Notes: generated from the letters alone by a model not told the origin. Positions 1 to 10,760 are shown, counted from the stretch's first letter. The stretch: 64,000 nt of DNA from Pseudomonas aeruginosa PAO1 (GCF_000006765.1 NC_002516.2); one strand, 5' to 3'. Numbers and translations: made by a program.

Positions 1-1153
1 CCCTATCAAGGGCCTGCCTTCGGTGACCTGGTACCTGGCGCTGTCCATCGACAAGGACAAGGCCTACGCCATGCTCAGCAAGTTCCGCGTCTCGGCCATC
101 GCCGCCGCGCTGATCTCCATCGTCGCCATCCTGGTCCTGCTCGGCCTGCTGATCCGCCTGCTGATGCAGCCGCTGCACCTGATGGGCCGTGCCATGCAGG
201 ACATCGCCCAGGGCGAGGGCGACCTGACCAAGCGCCTCGCCGTGACCAGCCGCGATGAATTCGGAGTGCTCGGCGATGCCTTCAACCAGTTCGTCGAGCG
301 TATCCATCGCTCGATCCGGGAAGTCGCCGGGACCGCGCACAAACTGCACGACGTCTCGCAACTGGTGGTGAACGCCTCGAACTCTTCGATGGCCAACTCC
401 GACGAGCAGTCCAACCGCACCAACAGCGTCGCCGCGGCGATCAACGAACTCGGCGCCGCCGCCCAGGAAATCGCCCGCAACGCCGCCGATGCCTCGCACC
501 ATGCGTCCGACGCCAACCACCAGGCCGAGGACGGCAAACAGGTGGTCGAGCAGACCATCCGCGCGATGAACGAGCTTTCCGAGAAGATCAGCGCCTCCTG
601 CGCCAACATCGAGGCCCTCAACAGCCGCACGGTGAACATCGGCCAGATCCTCGAAGTGATCAAGGGCATCTCCGAGCAGACCAACCTGCTCGCCCTCAAC
701 GCCGCCATCGAAGCCGCGCGCGCCGGCGAGGCCGGACGCGGCTTCGCAGTGGTCGCCGACGAGGTGCGCAACCTGGCCCATCGCGCCCAGGAGTCGGCCC
801 AGCAGATCCAGAAGATGATCGAAGAGCTGCAAGTCGGCGCCCGCGAGGCGGTGGCCACCATGACCGAGAGCCAGCGCTACAGCCTGGAGAGCGTGGAGAT
901 CGCCAACCGTGCCGGCGAAAGCCTGAGCAGCGTGACCCGGCGGATCGGCGAGATCGACGGGATGAACCAGTCGGTGGCCACCGCCACCGAGGAGCAGACC
1001 GCGGTGGTCGACTCGCTGAACATGGACATCACCGAGATCAACACCCTCAACCAGGAAGGCGTGGAGAACCTCCAGGCCACCCTGCGCGCCTGTGGCGAGC
1101 TGGAAACCCAGGCCGGGCGCCTGCGCCAACTGGTGGACAGCTTCAAGATCTGA
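1..1153 (+). CDS. pctA: Amino-acid chemoreceptor PctA, 3' part (truncated at window start)
   Basis: TM2, HAMP ([10 protein letters not shown]) and MCP signalling hairpin ([31 protein letters not shown]). The frame is open from the window edge, so the ATG-like start at 23 in the ORF track is not the real start. Confidence 0.95.
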   Translation, partial: PIKGLPSVTWYLALSIDKDKAYAMLSKFRVSAIAAALISIVAILVLLGLLIRLLMQPLHLMGRAMQDIAQGEGDLTKRLAVTSRDEFGVLGDAFNQFVERIHRSIREVAGTAHKLHDVSQLVVNASNSSMANSDEQSNRTNSVAAAINELGAAAQEIARNAADASHHASDANHQAEDGKQVVEQTIRAMNELSEKISASCANIEALNSRTVNIGQILEVIKGISEQTNLLALNAAIEAARAGEAGRGFAVVADEVRNLAHRAQESAQQIQKMIEELQVGAREAVATMTESQRYSLESVEIANRAGESLSSVTRRIGEIDGMNQSVATATEEQTAVVDSLNMDITEINTLNQEGVENLQATLRACGELETQAGRLRQLVDSFKI

Positions 1154-1167
1154 GACCGGCCGGTCTC
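1152..1167. repeat. Perfect 16-bp palindrome GAGACCGGCCGGTCTC
   Basis: Read directly; overlaps the pctA stop codon. Confidence 0.8.
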
Positions 1168-1170
1168 GTC

Positions 1171-1212
1171 GCCGAACCGGCGGACAACCGCGATGCGGTT
1201 ATCCGCCCTGCC
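1171..1212. repeat. REP-like palindrome (GGCGGACAACCGC-gat-GCGGTTATCCGCC), copy 1
   Basis: Imperfect hairpin; 37/42 nt identical to 3297-3338 after pctB and related to 22423-22455. Confidence 0.75.
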
Positions 1213-1216
1213 GACG

Positions 1217-1241
1217 AAAAGCGCCCACGGGCGCTTTTTTT
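1217..1241 (+). terminator. Rho-independent terminator of pctA
   Basis: AAAAGCGCCC-ac-GGGCGCTTTTTTT: GC stem followed by a U-tract. Confidence 0.85.
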
Positions 1242-1284
1242 CGTTCTCCAGGTCGCATTCGGTGAAACCATTCATCCGTTGCGC

Positions 1285-1311
1285 TAAAGCTTCCGGACTT
1301 GCCGCCGACAG
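1285..1311 (+). promoter_or_regulatory. Sigma28 (FliA)-type promoter of pctB
   Basis: TAAA-N15-GCCGACAG versus consensus TAAA-N15-GCCGATAA, upstream of a chemoreceptor gene. Confidence 0.75.
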
Positions 1312-1389
1312 ACACGGCAAGCCTTGCAGTTGCGATCCAACTGGGGCTGTTCACGACAGCGCGCCCGCGCCTCCCGGATGCAAGAAACC

Positions 1390-3279
<1,890 letters not shown>

Positions 3280-3296
3280 GCACTGCCCGAGCCGTA

Positions 3297-3338
3297 GCCG
3301 AACCGGCGGATAATCGCGCCGCGGCTATCCGCCCTGCC
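3297..3338. repeat. REP-like palindrome, copy 2
   Basis: GCCGAACCGGCGGATAATCGCGCCGCGGCTATCCGCCCTGCC; matches 1171-1212. Confidence 0.75.
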
Positions 3339-3349
3339 CCCGGCCATTC

Positions 3350-3384
3350 GTAGGGTGAACAACGCCAACGGCGTTGTTCACCCT
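3350..3384. repeat. GTAG-headed REP element with a perfect 15-bp stem
   Basis: GT-AGGGTGAACAACGCC-aac-GGCGTTGTTCACCCT. Confidence 0.8.
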
Positions 3385-3596
3385 TATCCTGCCAGGATGC
3401 CTCCCGAGGCATGCCTTCCTCTCCGCCCGCTCCCTCTGCGACCTATTCCCGCGCTGGCTGCCGCAAGCGCGCCGGCTCGCGCTTTCTTTCCTAGACTTGA
3501 AGCTACCCACGGCTCCCGCACACCGTTCGAACGACTGCCGGTGCCGGTGGTCCACTGAGTGGCAGAAGGAACAAGCTCAACGGAGGAAGGCCCATC

Positions 3597-4712
3597 GTGC
3601 ACATCGCCGATATGACCATGTTCTACGCGCCTGCCAGCGGGGGGGTACGCACCTATCTCGAAGCCAAGCATCGCCATCTCTGGCACTATCCCGGCATTCG
3701 CCACAGCGTGCTGGTTCCCGGCGCCAGCTACCGCCAGGCGAACGGCATCCACGAGGTGCCGGCGCCGCCGCTGCCATTCGGCAATGGCTACCGCTTCCCT
3801 CTCCGTCGCGGCCCCTGGCGCAAGGTGCTGCGCAATCTGCAACCGGACCTGATCGAGGTCGGCGACCCCTACCTCACCGCCTGGGCGGCGCTCGACGCGC
3901 GACGTCGGCTGGACGTGCCGGTGATCGGCTTCTACCACTCCGACCTGCCGCTGCTGGTGAGCAATCGCATGGGCGCCTGGCTCGGCACCAACGCGGACAA
4001 CTACGTCAGCAAGCTGTACGGCCACTTCGACCGGGTCCTGGCCCCCAGCCGGGTAATGGCGGAAAAGCTGATGCGCCTGGGCGTCGCCGACGTGCATGTA
4101 CAACCGCTGGGCGTCGACCTGGTCACCTTCCATCCGAGCAACCGCGATCCGGGGCTGCGCCAGGAACTCGGCCTGGACGAGGAAACCCGCCTGCTGGTGT
4201 TCGCCGGGCGCGGTTCGCGGGAAAAGAACCTGCCGGTACTGCTCGACGCCATCCAGCGCCTCGGCGACGGCTATCACCTGTTGCTGGTGGGTTCCAACAT
4301 GCCGACCCGGGTACCGCGCAACACCAGCGTGGTCGACCATTTCTGCGACAGCCGCGAAGTCGCCCGCCTGCTGGCGAGCAGCGACGCGCTGCTGCACGCC
4401 GGCGACCAGGAGACCTTCGGCCTGGTCGCACTCGAAGCGATGGCCAGCGGTATTCCGGTGGTGGCGGTGCGCGCCGGGGCACTGGCGGAAATAGTCCCGG
4501 AGCGTTGCGGCGTGCTCTGCGCACCGAACAACGGCGACGCCATGGCCTGCGCGGTGCGCGAACTGTTCAGCCACGACGTCGAGCTGCGCGGCCAGCGCGC
4601 CCGCCGTCACGTCGAGCGCCAGCATGCCTGGGACGCGGTGGTCGCCGGTCTGCTCCTGCACTACCACGCGGTACTCGGCGACAGCGAGGCGAGGTTCCCG
4701 CGCTATGGCTGA
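3597..4712 (+). CDS. gpgS: GT4 (GT-B) glycosyltransferase, probable GlcNAc-phosphatidylglycerol synthase (371 aa)
   Basis: SGGVRTY N-terminal motif; ETFGLVALEAMASG (EX7E); GTG start after GGAGGAAGG. The symbol is recalled from work on glucosaminyl-PG synthesis. Confidence 0.8.
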   Translation: MHIADMTMFYAPASGGVRTYLEAKHRHLWHYPGIRHSVLVPGASYRQANGIHEVPAPPLPFGNGYRFPLRRGPWRKVLRNLQPDLIEVGDPYLTAWAALDARRRLDVPVIGFYHSDLPLLVSNRMGAWLGTNADNYVSKLYGHFDRVLAPSRVMAEKLMRLGVADVHVQPLGVDLVTFHPSNRDPGLRQELGLDEETRLLVFAGRGSREKNLPVLLDAIQRLGDGYHLLLVGSNMPTRVPRNTSVVDHFCDSREVARLLASSDALLHAGDQETFGLVALEAMASGIPVVAVRAGALAEIVPERCGVLCAPNNGDAMACAVRELFSHDVELRGQRARRHVERQHAWDAVVAGLLLHYHAVLGDSEARFPRYG

Positions 4713-5466
4713 ACGCAGCCTGCTGCTGGTGTTGCACGACGTGGCCCCGGAAACCTGGCCGGACTACCGGCCCTTCGTCGAGGCCGTGGACGCGCTCGGC
4801 CAGGTCCCCATGACCTGGCTGGTAGTGCCCGATTTCCACCATCGCAACCCGCTGGAAGCCGACGAAAAGTTCTGCGAACTGCTCTCGCGGCGGGTGGACC
4901 GGGGTGACGAACTGGCTCTCCACGGCTTCTATCACTACGATGACGCCCCACCACCGCGTACTCCAGGGCAATACTTCATGCGTCGCATCTACACCTGGGA
5001 GGGAGAGTTCTATGCCCTCGACCACGCCGAGGCCAAGGCCCGCCTGGCCGCCGGCATCGAGCTGTTCCGCCGCCGCGGATGGCCGCTGCACGGTTTCGTC
5101 GCGCCGGCCTGGCTGATGAGCGCCGGCACCCGCCAGGCGCTCGGCGAGAGCGGACTGCGCTACACCAGCGACCCATCCAACCTCTACCGGCTTCCCCACC
5201 TGCAACCGATCGAGGCCCCCGGTCTGGTCTGGAGCGCGCGCAGTGCCTGGCGTCGCGGCCTCTCCTGGGCGCTCAGCGAGCAGCGCCGGCGGGCCTGGCG
5301 CGCAGCGCCGGTGATCCGCCTCGGACTCCATCCGGTCGACATGCGCCATCGCTTTTCCCGCGAATACTGGCTGCGTACCCTGCGCACCCTGCTGTCCGAG
5401 GGGCGCCAGCCGCTGACCAAGATCGACTGGCTGGAGCGCCGCCTCGCCCTGGACCACGCGGCATGA
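4705..5466 (+). CDS. gpgD: DUF2334-type polysaccharide/lipid deacetylase (253 aa)
   Basis: LHDV, LALHG..H and GFVAPAW motifs of the NodB-like fold; overlaps the upstream stop. Confidence 0.75.
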   Translation: MAERSLLLVLHDVAPETWPDYRPFVEAVDALGQVPMTWLVVPDFHHRNPLEADEKFCELLSRRVDRGDELALHGFYHYDDAPPPRTPGQYFMRRIYTWEGEFYALDHAEAKARLAAGIELFRRRGWPLHGFVAPAWLMSAGTRQALGESGLRYTSDPSNLYRLPHLQPIEAPGLVWSARSAWRRGLSWALSEQRRRAWRAAPVIRLGLHPVDMRHRFSREYWLRTLRTLLSEGRQPLTKIDWLERRLALDHAA

Positions 5467-6464
5467 GTCGAGGCTGGTTACTGCTGTTCGGTTTGATCGG
5501 TGCCTCGCTGATTCCGCTGGTGCTCGGCGGCAGCGACATGTTCTCGCGCTTGCGCGCCTTCCCGCTGGACAGCCTGCTGCTGATGTTCGGCATGATCGTG
5601 GTCTGCTGGTTCATCAACGGCCTGCGCCTGCGCTTGCTGCTCGCCGGGCGCGCCGGCAAGCTCGGGCAATTGCAGAGCGTCGGCATCATCATGGCCAGCG
5701 AGTTCGCCTTCTGCGCCACTCCGGGCGGCAGCGGCGGGCCGTTGACCCTGATGGCGTTGCTGGCCCGGCGCGGCCTGCGCCCGGCGCAGACCAGCGCGGT
5801 GTTCGCGGTCGACCAGTTGGCCGACCTGACGTTCTTCCTCTGCGCCCTCGGCGCGATCCTGATCTATGCCCTCAGCCATTCGCTGAGCCCGAACATGGAA
5901 TCGAGCCTGATCTTCAGCGCGGTATTCCTGGTCGGCCTGTTCGTCGGCGCGGTAATGCTGATCCGCTACCTGCACCAGGTGATCCGCTTCAACGGGCGGG
6001 TTCTGGCGCGGCTCGGCGTGTCATCGCGCAAGCGCCTGCACTGGGGCCGCAAGATCCTGCATTTCCGCATTGCCCTGCACGACAGCCTGCGCCTGCCGAA
6101 ACGACGCCTGCTGGCGGTCTTCCTTCTCAGCAGTACGCACTGGCTACTGCGCTTCAGCGTGCTCGATCTGACCCTGCGCGGCCTGGGAGTGGATATCCAG
6201 TGGGCCTGGACCTTCCTGATCCAGATGGTCTCGCTCAGCGCCGGACAGCTCTCGCTGATCCCCGGCGGCGCCGGCGGCACCGAACTGACCTCGGCGGCCC
6301 TGCTGGCCCCCATGATCGGCAAGTCGACGGCGGCGGCGGCCATCGTCATCTGGCGAGCGGTGACCTTCTATTTCTACCTCGTCGCCGGCGGCCCGGTGTT
6401 CGCCGTGCTCGCCGGACGCCCGCTGCTGAAGAAGCTGATCAGCAGTCGCGAGGCTTCTTCCTGA
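5463..6464 (+). CDS. gpgF: UPF0104 / lysylphosphatidylglycerol synthase TM-domain flippase (333 aa)
   Basis: Multi-TM; ATPGGSGG, PGGAGGTE and WRAVTFY motifs; ATGA coupling to the upstream gene. Confidence 0.75.
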   Translation: MSRGWLLLFGLIGASLIPLVLGGSDMFSRLRAFPLDSLLLMFGMIVVCWFINGLRLRLLLAGRAGKLGQLQSVGIIMASEFAFCATPGGSGGPLTLMALLARRGLRPAQTSAVFAVDQLADLTFFLCALGAILIYALSHSLSPNMESSLIFSAVFLVGLFVGAVMLIRYLHQVIRFNGRVLARLGVSSRKRLHWGRKILHFRIALHDSLRLPKRRLLAVFLLSSTHWLLRFSVLDLTLRGLGVDIQWAWTFLIQMVSLSAGQLSLIPGGAGGTELTSAALLAPMIGKSTAAAAIVIWRAVTFYFYLVAGGPVFAVLAGRPLLKKLISSREASS

Positions 6465-6651
6465 GCGTATCCTCGGCGTTAGCCTCGCCCGTCTCGCTGG
6501 CGCTCTCTTGGATACGCCGCCAGAGTTCGGCCGCGCCGGGAAACTCGGTTCCGTCCTCGTCGCCGAGGGCGTCGATGTCGTAACGGCTTGTGCAACCCTC
6601 GCCGAGGGTCGGTGGCGGGCTGGCGGTGCCCGCCGACCTGGGATCGCTCAT
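6439..6651 (-). CDS. Small acidic hypothetical protein (70 aa)
   Basis: ATG at 6651 with GGAGGA 6 nt upstream; 50 nt downstream of the purU stop; sequence MSDPRS...YDIDALGDEDGTEFPGAAELW. Confidence 0.65.
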   Translation of the reverse strand: MSDPRSAGTASPPPTLGEGCTSRYDIDALGDEDGTEFPGAAELWRRIQESASETGEANAEDTLRKKPRDC

Positions 6652-6700
6652 GTTCGTTCCTCCGGGTGCCGGCCCCGGCCGGCATTCCAGGGGAGCCGGC

Positions 6701-7552
6701 TCAGTCGAACACCACCGTCTTGTTGCCGTGTACCAGTACGCGGTCTTCCAGGTGATAGCGCAGTCCGCGCGCGAGCACCAGTTTTTCCACATCCTTGCCC
6801 AGCCGCACCATGTCTTCGACGTTGTCGCGGTGAGTGACCCGCACCACGTCCTGCTCGATGATCGGACCGGCATCCAGTTCCTCGGTCACGTAATGGCTGG
6901 TCGCGCCGATCAGCTTGACCCCGCGCTTCGACGCCTGGTGATACGGCTTGGCGCCGATGAAGGACGGCAGGAAGCTGTGGTGGATGTTGATCACCTGGTG
7001 GGCGTACTTGCGGCACAGGTCCGGCGGCAGGATCTGCATGTAGCGAGCCAGGACGATGCAGTCGGCGCCATGTTCGTCGATCAGCCGGGAAACTTCATCG
7101 AAGGCCGGCTGCTTGTCCTGCGGATCGACGGGAACGTGGAAATACGGGATGCCGTGCCACTCGACCATGCTGCGCAGGTCGTCGTGGTTGGCGATCACGC
7201 AGGGAATCTCGCAGTCCAGTTCGCCGCTGTGCCAGCGGTGCAGCAGATCGGCCAGGCAATGGGACTCCTTGCTGGCCATCAGCACCACGCGCTTCTTCAC
7301 CTCGGAATCGGTGATTCGCCATTCCATGGAGAATTCGCGGGCGATCGGGGCGAAAGCCTGGCGGAAGCCATCCAGGTCGAACGGCAGAGAGTCGGCACGG
7401 ATCTCGTGGCGCATGAAGAACCAGCCGTTATCGTTGTCGGAATGATGGCTGGCTTCGGTGATCCAGCCATTGTAGGTGGCCAGGAAGTTACTCACCTTGG
7501 CAACGATCCCGACCCCGTCGGGACAGGCGATCACCAGCCGAAAAGTGCGCAT
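6701..7552 (-). CDS. purU1: Formyltetrahydrofolate deformylase
   Basis: N-terminal ACT domain; INIHHSFLPSFIGAKPYHQA, GPIIEQD. Confidence 0.95.
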   Translation of the reverse strand: MRTFRLVIACPDGVGIVAKVSNFLATYNGWITEASHHSDNDNGWFFMRHEIRADSLPFDLDGFRQAFAPIAREFSMEWRITDSEVKKRVVLMASKESHCLADLLHRWHSGELDCEIPCVIANHDDLRSMVEWHGIPYFHVPVDPQDKQPAFDEVSRLIDEHGADCIVLARYMQILPPDLCRKYAHQVINIHHSFLPSFIGAKPYHQASKRGVKLIGATSHYVTEELDAGPIIEQDVVRVTHRDNVEDMVRLGKDVEKLVLARGLRYHLEDRVLVHGNKTVVFD

Positions 7553-7680
7553 GGGTATACTCCAGAAACATCGCGAAAGGCCGCCATTCTAGCGGCATGG
7601 CGGGAAAAGTTCAGCCTCGGCGAAGGTCTTTCGACAGGCTGTTGCGCGAGAGAATAAACCCGCACAACAGGGCAATCCCG

Positions 7681-7770
7681 ATGCGGAATTAATTACTTTG
7701 AATTTCATCGAGAAAAGTTTTCATCGCGGTTTACTTACAGTTTCGCCCTGACTATTATTGAATCTACTTA
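7681..7770. promoter_or_regulatory. AT-rich divergent promoter region purU/mvaT
   Basis: 30/90 G+C (33%) by hand count in a roughly 67% GC background. Confidence 0.55.
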
Positions 7771-7811
7771 CATGCCCGCCACCGCCACTCAGCACAGACA
7801 AGGTACCTGAC

Positions 7812-8186
7812 ATGTCCCTGATCAACGAATATCGCGCCACGGAAGAAGCCATCAAGGAACTTCAGGAGCGCCTGAAGTCCCTGGAACAAGACGACAAACT
7901 GAAAAAAGAACTGGAATTCGAAGAGAAGCTGCGCACGCTGATGGGCACTTACCAGAAGTCCCTGCGTGACGTGATTTCCCTGCTCGATCCGGACGCCAAG
8001 ATCGGCAAGAGCACCCGCACCGCCAAGGCACCTGCCGGCAAGCGCGCGCGCAAGGTCAAGCAGTACAAGAACCCGCACACCGGCGAAGTCATCGAGACCA
8101 AGGGCGGCAACCACAAGACTTTGAAAGAGTGGAAAGCCAAGTGGGGCCCCGAGGCCGTCGAGAGCTGGGCCACCCTGCTCGGCTAA
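7812..8186 (+). CDS. mvaT: H-NS-family xenogeneic silencer MvaT (124 aa)
   Basis: MSLINEYRATEEAIKELQERL...YKNPHTGEVIETKGGNHKTLKEWKAKWG. Confidence 0.97.
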   Translation: MSLINEYRATEEAIKELQERLKSLEQDDKLKKELEFEEKLRTLMGTYQKSLRDVISLLDPDAKIGKSTRTAKAPAGKRARKVKQYKNPHTGEVIETKGGNHKTLKEWKAKWGPEAVESWATLLG

Positions 8187-8205
8187 ACCAGTCAGTTCCA
8201 CGAAG

Positions 8206-8231
8206 AACGCCAGCCCAGTGCTGGCGTTTTT
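8206..8231 (+). terminator. Terminator of mvaT
   Basis: AACGCCAGC-ccagt-GCTGGCGTTTTT. Confidence 0.8.
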
Positions 8232-8270
8232 CATTTCCGCCGGATTGTATCGGCTCCTCTGCCTGCGCCC

Positions 8271-9713
8271 TCAAGTCTCCAGCGAATAGCGTTGACGCAG
8301 TTCCGCGGCGTAATCGCGCCAGGCCGCAAGTACCGCCGGCAGTGTGCCGCCCTGCTCTTGCCGACAAGCCTCCAGCGCCGCCTCGAAGGCCGGCAAAGTA
8401 TTCGGTGCGCCGTATTCTTCATGGGACAAACGATTGCGGCAGAAGCTTTCCCATTGTTGGCGCTCGGCCACATTTAAAGTTTCCGGGAAATTTCGCGCAC
8501 GATAGCGAAAGAACAACTCCTGCAAACGGGCATCGTCGAAGGGCCATTGTTCTTTGGCCAATTGCTCCGGTTCGGCAAGGCGCAGCTGTTCACAAAGGCG
8601 TCGATCCCGATCGCCAATAAATCCGTCATACAACTGTTGCTCGGGGTCGTCGCTGGCGGAGAAACTTTCTTCGCCATATAGCGCTGTCAGTTTGTCCGCC
8701 CAGACGGTTTGATGCTGGCGCAACAGCTCGGCTTTTTGCTGGCACTCATCGAGTTCGATGCCGGTTCGCTGGCGATCCTCGGCGCGCAATACCGACAGCG
8801 GCGCCACCACCGGGCAACGGTTGACCTGGATCTGCTTCAGCGGCACCGGCAACTCGCCCTCGGCCAGTTCGTCGCGACGGGTATACAGGCGCCTGCGCAA
8901 GTCTTCGGCCGACAACTCCAGCAGCGGCGCGGGATCGGCGCAGAGGTCGCAGACGATCAGAGCATTGCGGTTGCGCGGGTGCCAGGCCAGCGGCAGGACC
9001 ACCGAGAGGAAATGGCGCTCCGCGGAAAAGCGTCCGGAGACATGCACCAGCGGCTGCAGCAGGCGCACCTGGTCGAGCACCTTGTGCTTGCTGCGCAACT
9101 GGTAGAGGTAATCGTACAGGCGCGGCTGGCGCTGACGGATCAGGCGGGCCAGGGCAATGGTGGCGCGGACATCGGAAAGCGCGTCGTGGGCCTGCCCATG
9201 CTCCAGGCCGTTCGCCGCGGTGAGCATTTCCAGCTTCAGCGACAGCCGGCCGTCCAGCTGCGGCCACTGGATGCCCTCCGGGCGCAGGGCATAGGCGGTA
9301 CGGACCATGTCGATCAGGTCCCAGCGGCTATTGCCGCCTTGCCACTCGCGGGCGTAGGGATCGAAGAAGTTGCGGTACAGGCTGTAGCGCGTCACTTCGT
9401 CGTCGAAGCGCAGGGAGTTGTAGCCGGCCACGCAGGTCGCCGGCTGCGCCAGCTGGGCGTGTACCCGGGTCATGAAGTCGGCCTCGGACAGCCCCCGCTC
9501 GGCCAGCCGCTGGGGAGTGATGCCGGTGATCAGGCAAGCCATAGGGTGGGGCAGGATATCGTCGCTGGGACGGCAATACAGGTTCATCGGCTCGCCGATC
9601 TCGTTCAGCGCCTCGTCCGTGCGGATCCCGGCGATCTGCAACGGCCGGTCGCGGCGAGGGTCGATGCCGGTGGTTTCGTAGTCGTACCAAAAAATACTCG
9701 CGTTCACGGTCAT
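8271..9713 (-). CDS. sbcB: Exodeoxyribonuclease I
   Basis: DEDD motifs YDYETTG, GYNSLRFDDE and HDALSDV. Confidence 0.95.
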   Translation of the reverse strand: MTVNASIFWYDYETTGIDPRRDRPLQIAGIRTDEALNEIGEPMNLYCRPSDDILPHPMACLITGITPQRLAERGLSEADFMTRVHAQLAQPATCVAGYNSLRFDDEVTRYSLYRNFFDPYAREWQGGNSRWDLIDMVRTAYALRPEGIQWPQLDGRLSLKLEMLTAANGLEHGQAHDALSDVRATIALARLIRQRQPRLYDYLYQLRSKHKVLDQVRLLQPLVHVSGRFSAERHFLSVVLPLAWHPRNRNALIVCDLCADPAPLLELSAEDLRRRLYTRRDELAEGELPVPLKQIQVNRCPVVAPLSVLRAEDRQRTGIELDECQQKAELLRQHQTVWADKLTALYGEESFSASDDPEQQLYDGFIGDRDRRLCEQLRLAEPEQLAKEQWPFDDARLQELFFRYRARNFPETLNVAERQQWESFCRNRLSHEEYGAPNTLPAFEAALEACRQEQGGTLPAVLAAWRDYAAELRQRYSLET

Positions 9714-9902
9714 TCCCTTTCTGGCGGCACCGGGCAGTCTACCAGTGACTGCCGCGAAGCTCGCGACCCACTTCGGGGATTTCCAGGTTTTCCAACGAAC
9801 TCACGGAAAGCGCCGTAGGCACGGCCCGCCAGGGCGCGTCAGTGCGCATATCTGCCATCCGAACCTTGCGTTGTCCCCTTCGCCCTCGCTAGCATTCCGC
9901 TC

Positions 9903-9933
9903 GCACGGATGCCCGTTTCACTGACAAGGACAG
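9903..9933 (+). promoter_or_regulatory. Two RsmA/CsrA-type GGA sites in the leader of the 9938 gene
   Basis: GCA-CGGA-TGC mini-hairpin (CANGGANG core) at 9903-9912 and CTG-ACAAGGA-CAG covering the SD at 9921-9933. Confidence 0.6.
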
Positions 9934-9937
9934 CACC

Positions 9938-10675
9938 ATGAACGACACCAGCAATCCCTACGCCACCCCCGCCAGCGCCCTGCAACCGACCCAGGCGGTG
10001 CCGCCGGTCATCGGCGACTACGACTTCCGCATCGGCGACGTGATCAGCGAAGCCTGGGCCAAGATCAAGGGCGTCAAAGGCATCCTGATCGGCGCCTTCG
10101 TGGTCTACAGCGTGGTGATCCAGACCATCACCTTCATCCTCACCCTGCTCTTCGGCGGTATCGGCCTGATGAGCGAGGCCGATCCCATCGCCTTCGCGGT
10201 CGGCCAGATGATCGCCAGCCTGGTCGCCACGGCGGTGGGCTACCCGTTCTTCACCGGCCTGACCATGATCGGCATCCGCCGCGCCGCCGACCAGCCGGCG
10301 ACCTTCAACGAAATGTTCAACTACTTCGGCATGCTGGTGCCGCTGCTGCTCACCGGCCTGCTGATGATGCTGATGGTCTACGTCGGCTTCTTCCTGCTGA
10401 TCATCCCCGGTCTCTACCTGAGCGTCGCCTACATGCTCGCCCTGCCGCTGGTGGCCGAGCGCGGCCTGACGCCCTGGCAGGCCCTGGAAACCTCGCGCAA
10501 GGCCATCAGCCGCCACTGGTTCAAGGTGTTCGGCCTGCTGCTGGTGCTGAGCCTGCTGATGCTGGTGAGCATGATCCCGCTGTTCATCGGCCTGATCTGG
10601 ACCGGCCCGCTGTTCGTCGTCTCCATGGGTATTCTCTACCGCACCATCTTCGGCGTTCGCCCGCTGGGCAACTGA
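9938..10675 (+). CDS. Multi-TM membrane protein with N-terminal NPYATP motif (245 aa)
   Basis: About 5-6 hydrophobic segments; ALETSRKAI motif; family not firmly assigned. Confidence 0.85.
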   Translation: MNDTSNPYATPASALQPTQAVPPVIGDYDFRIGDVISEAWAKIKGVKGILIGAFVVYSVVIQTITFILTLLFGGIGLMSEADPIAFAVGQMIASLVATAVGYPFFTGLTMIGIRRAADQPATFNEMFNYFGMLVPLLLTGLLMMLMVYVGFFLLIIPGLYLSVAYMLALPLVAERGLTPWQALETSRKAISRHWFKVFGLLLVLSLLMLVSMIPLFIGLIWTGPLFVVSMGILYRTIFGVRPLGN

Positions 10676-10760
10676 GGTGCAGACCGGGCCGTCGCGGCGG
10701 CCCGGTTGCCTGATGACGCCACGCTGGCTAGCATCTGACTTTCCCCGACACGGCCCCCCG

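Noticed and set aside
8129-8620. 163-aa ORF over the low-GC patch as a possible overprinted gene
   Set aside because: Starts inside mvaT, crosses its terminator, no SD, Pro/Arg-rich; the GC anomaly is kept as a finding but not this ORF.
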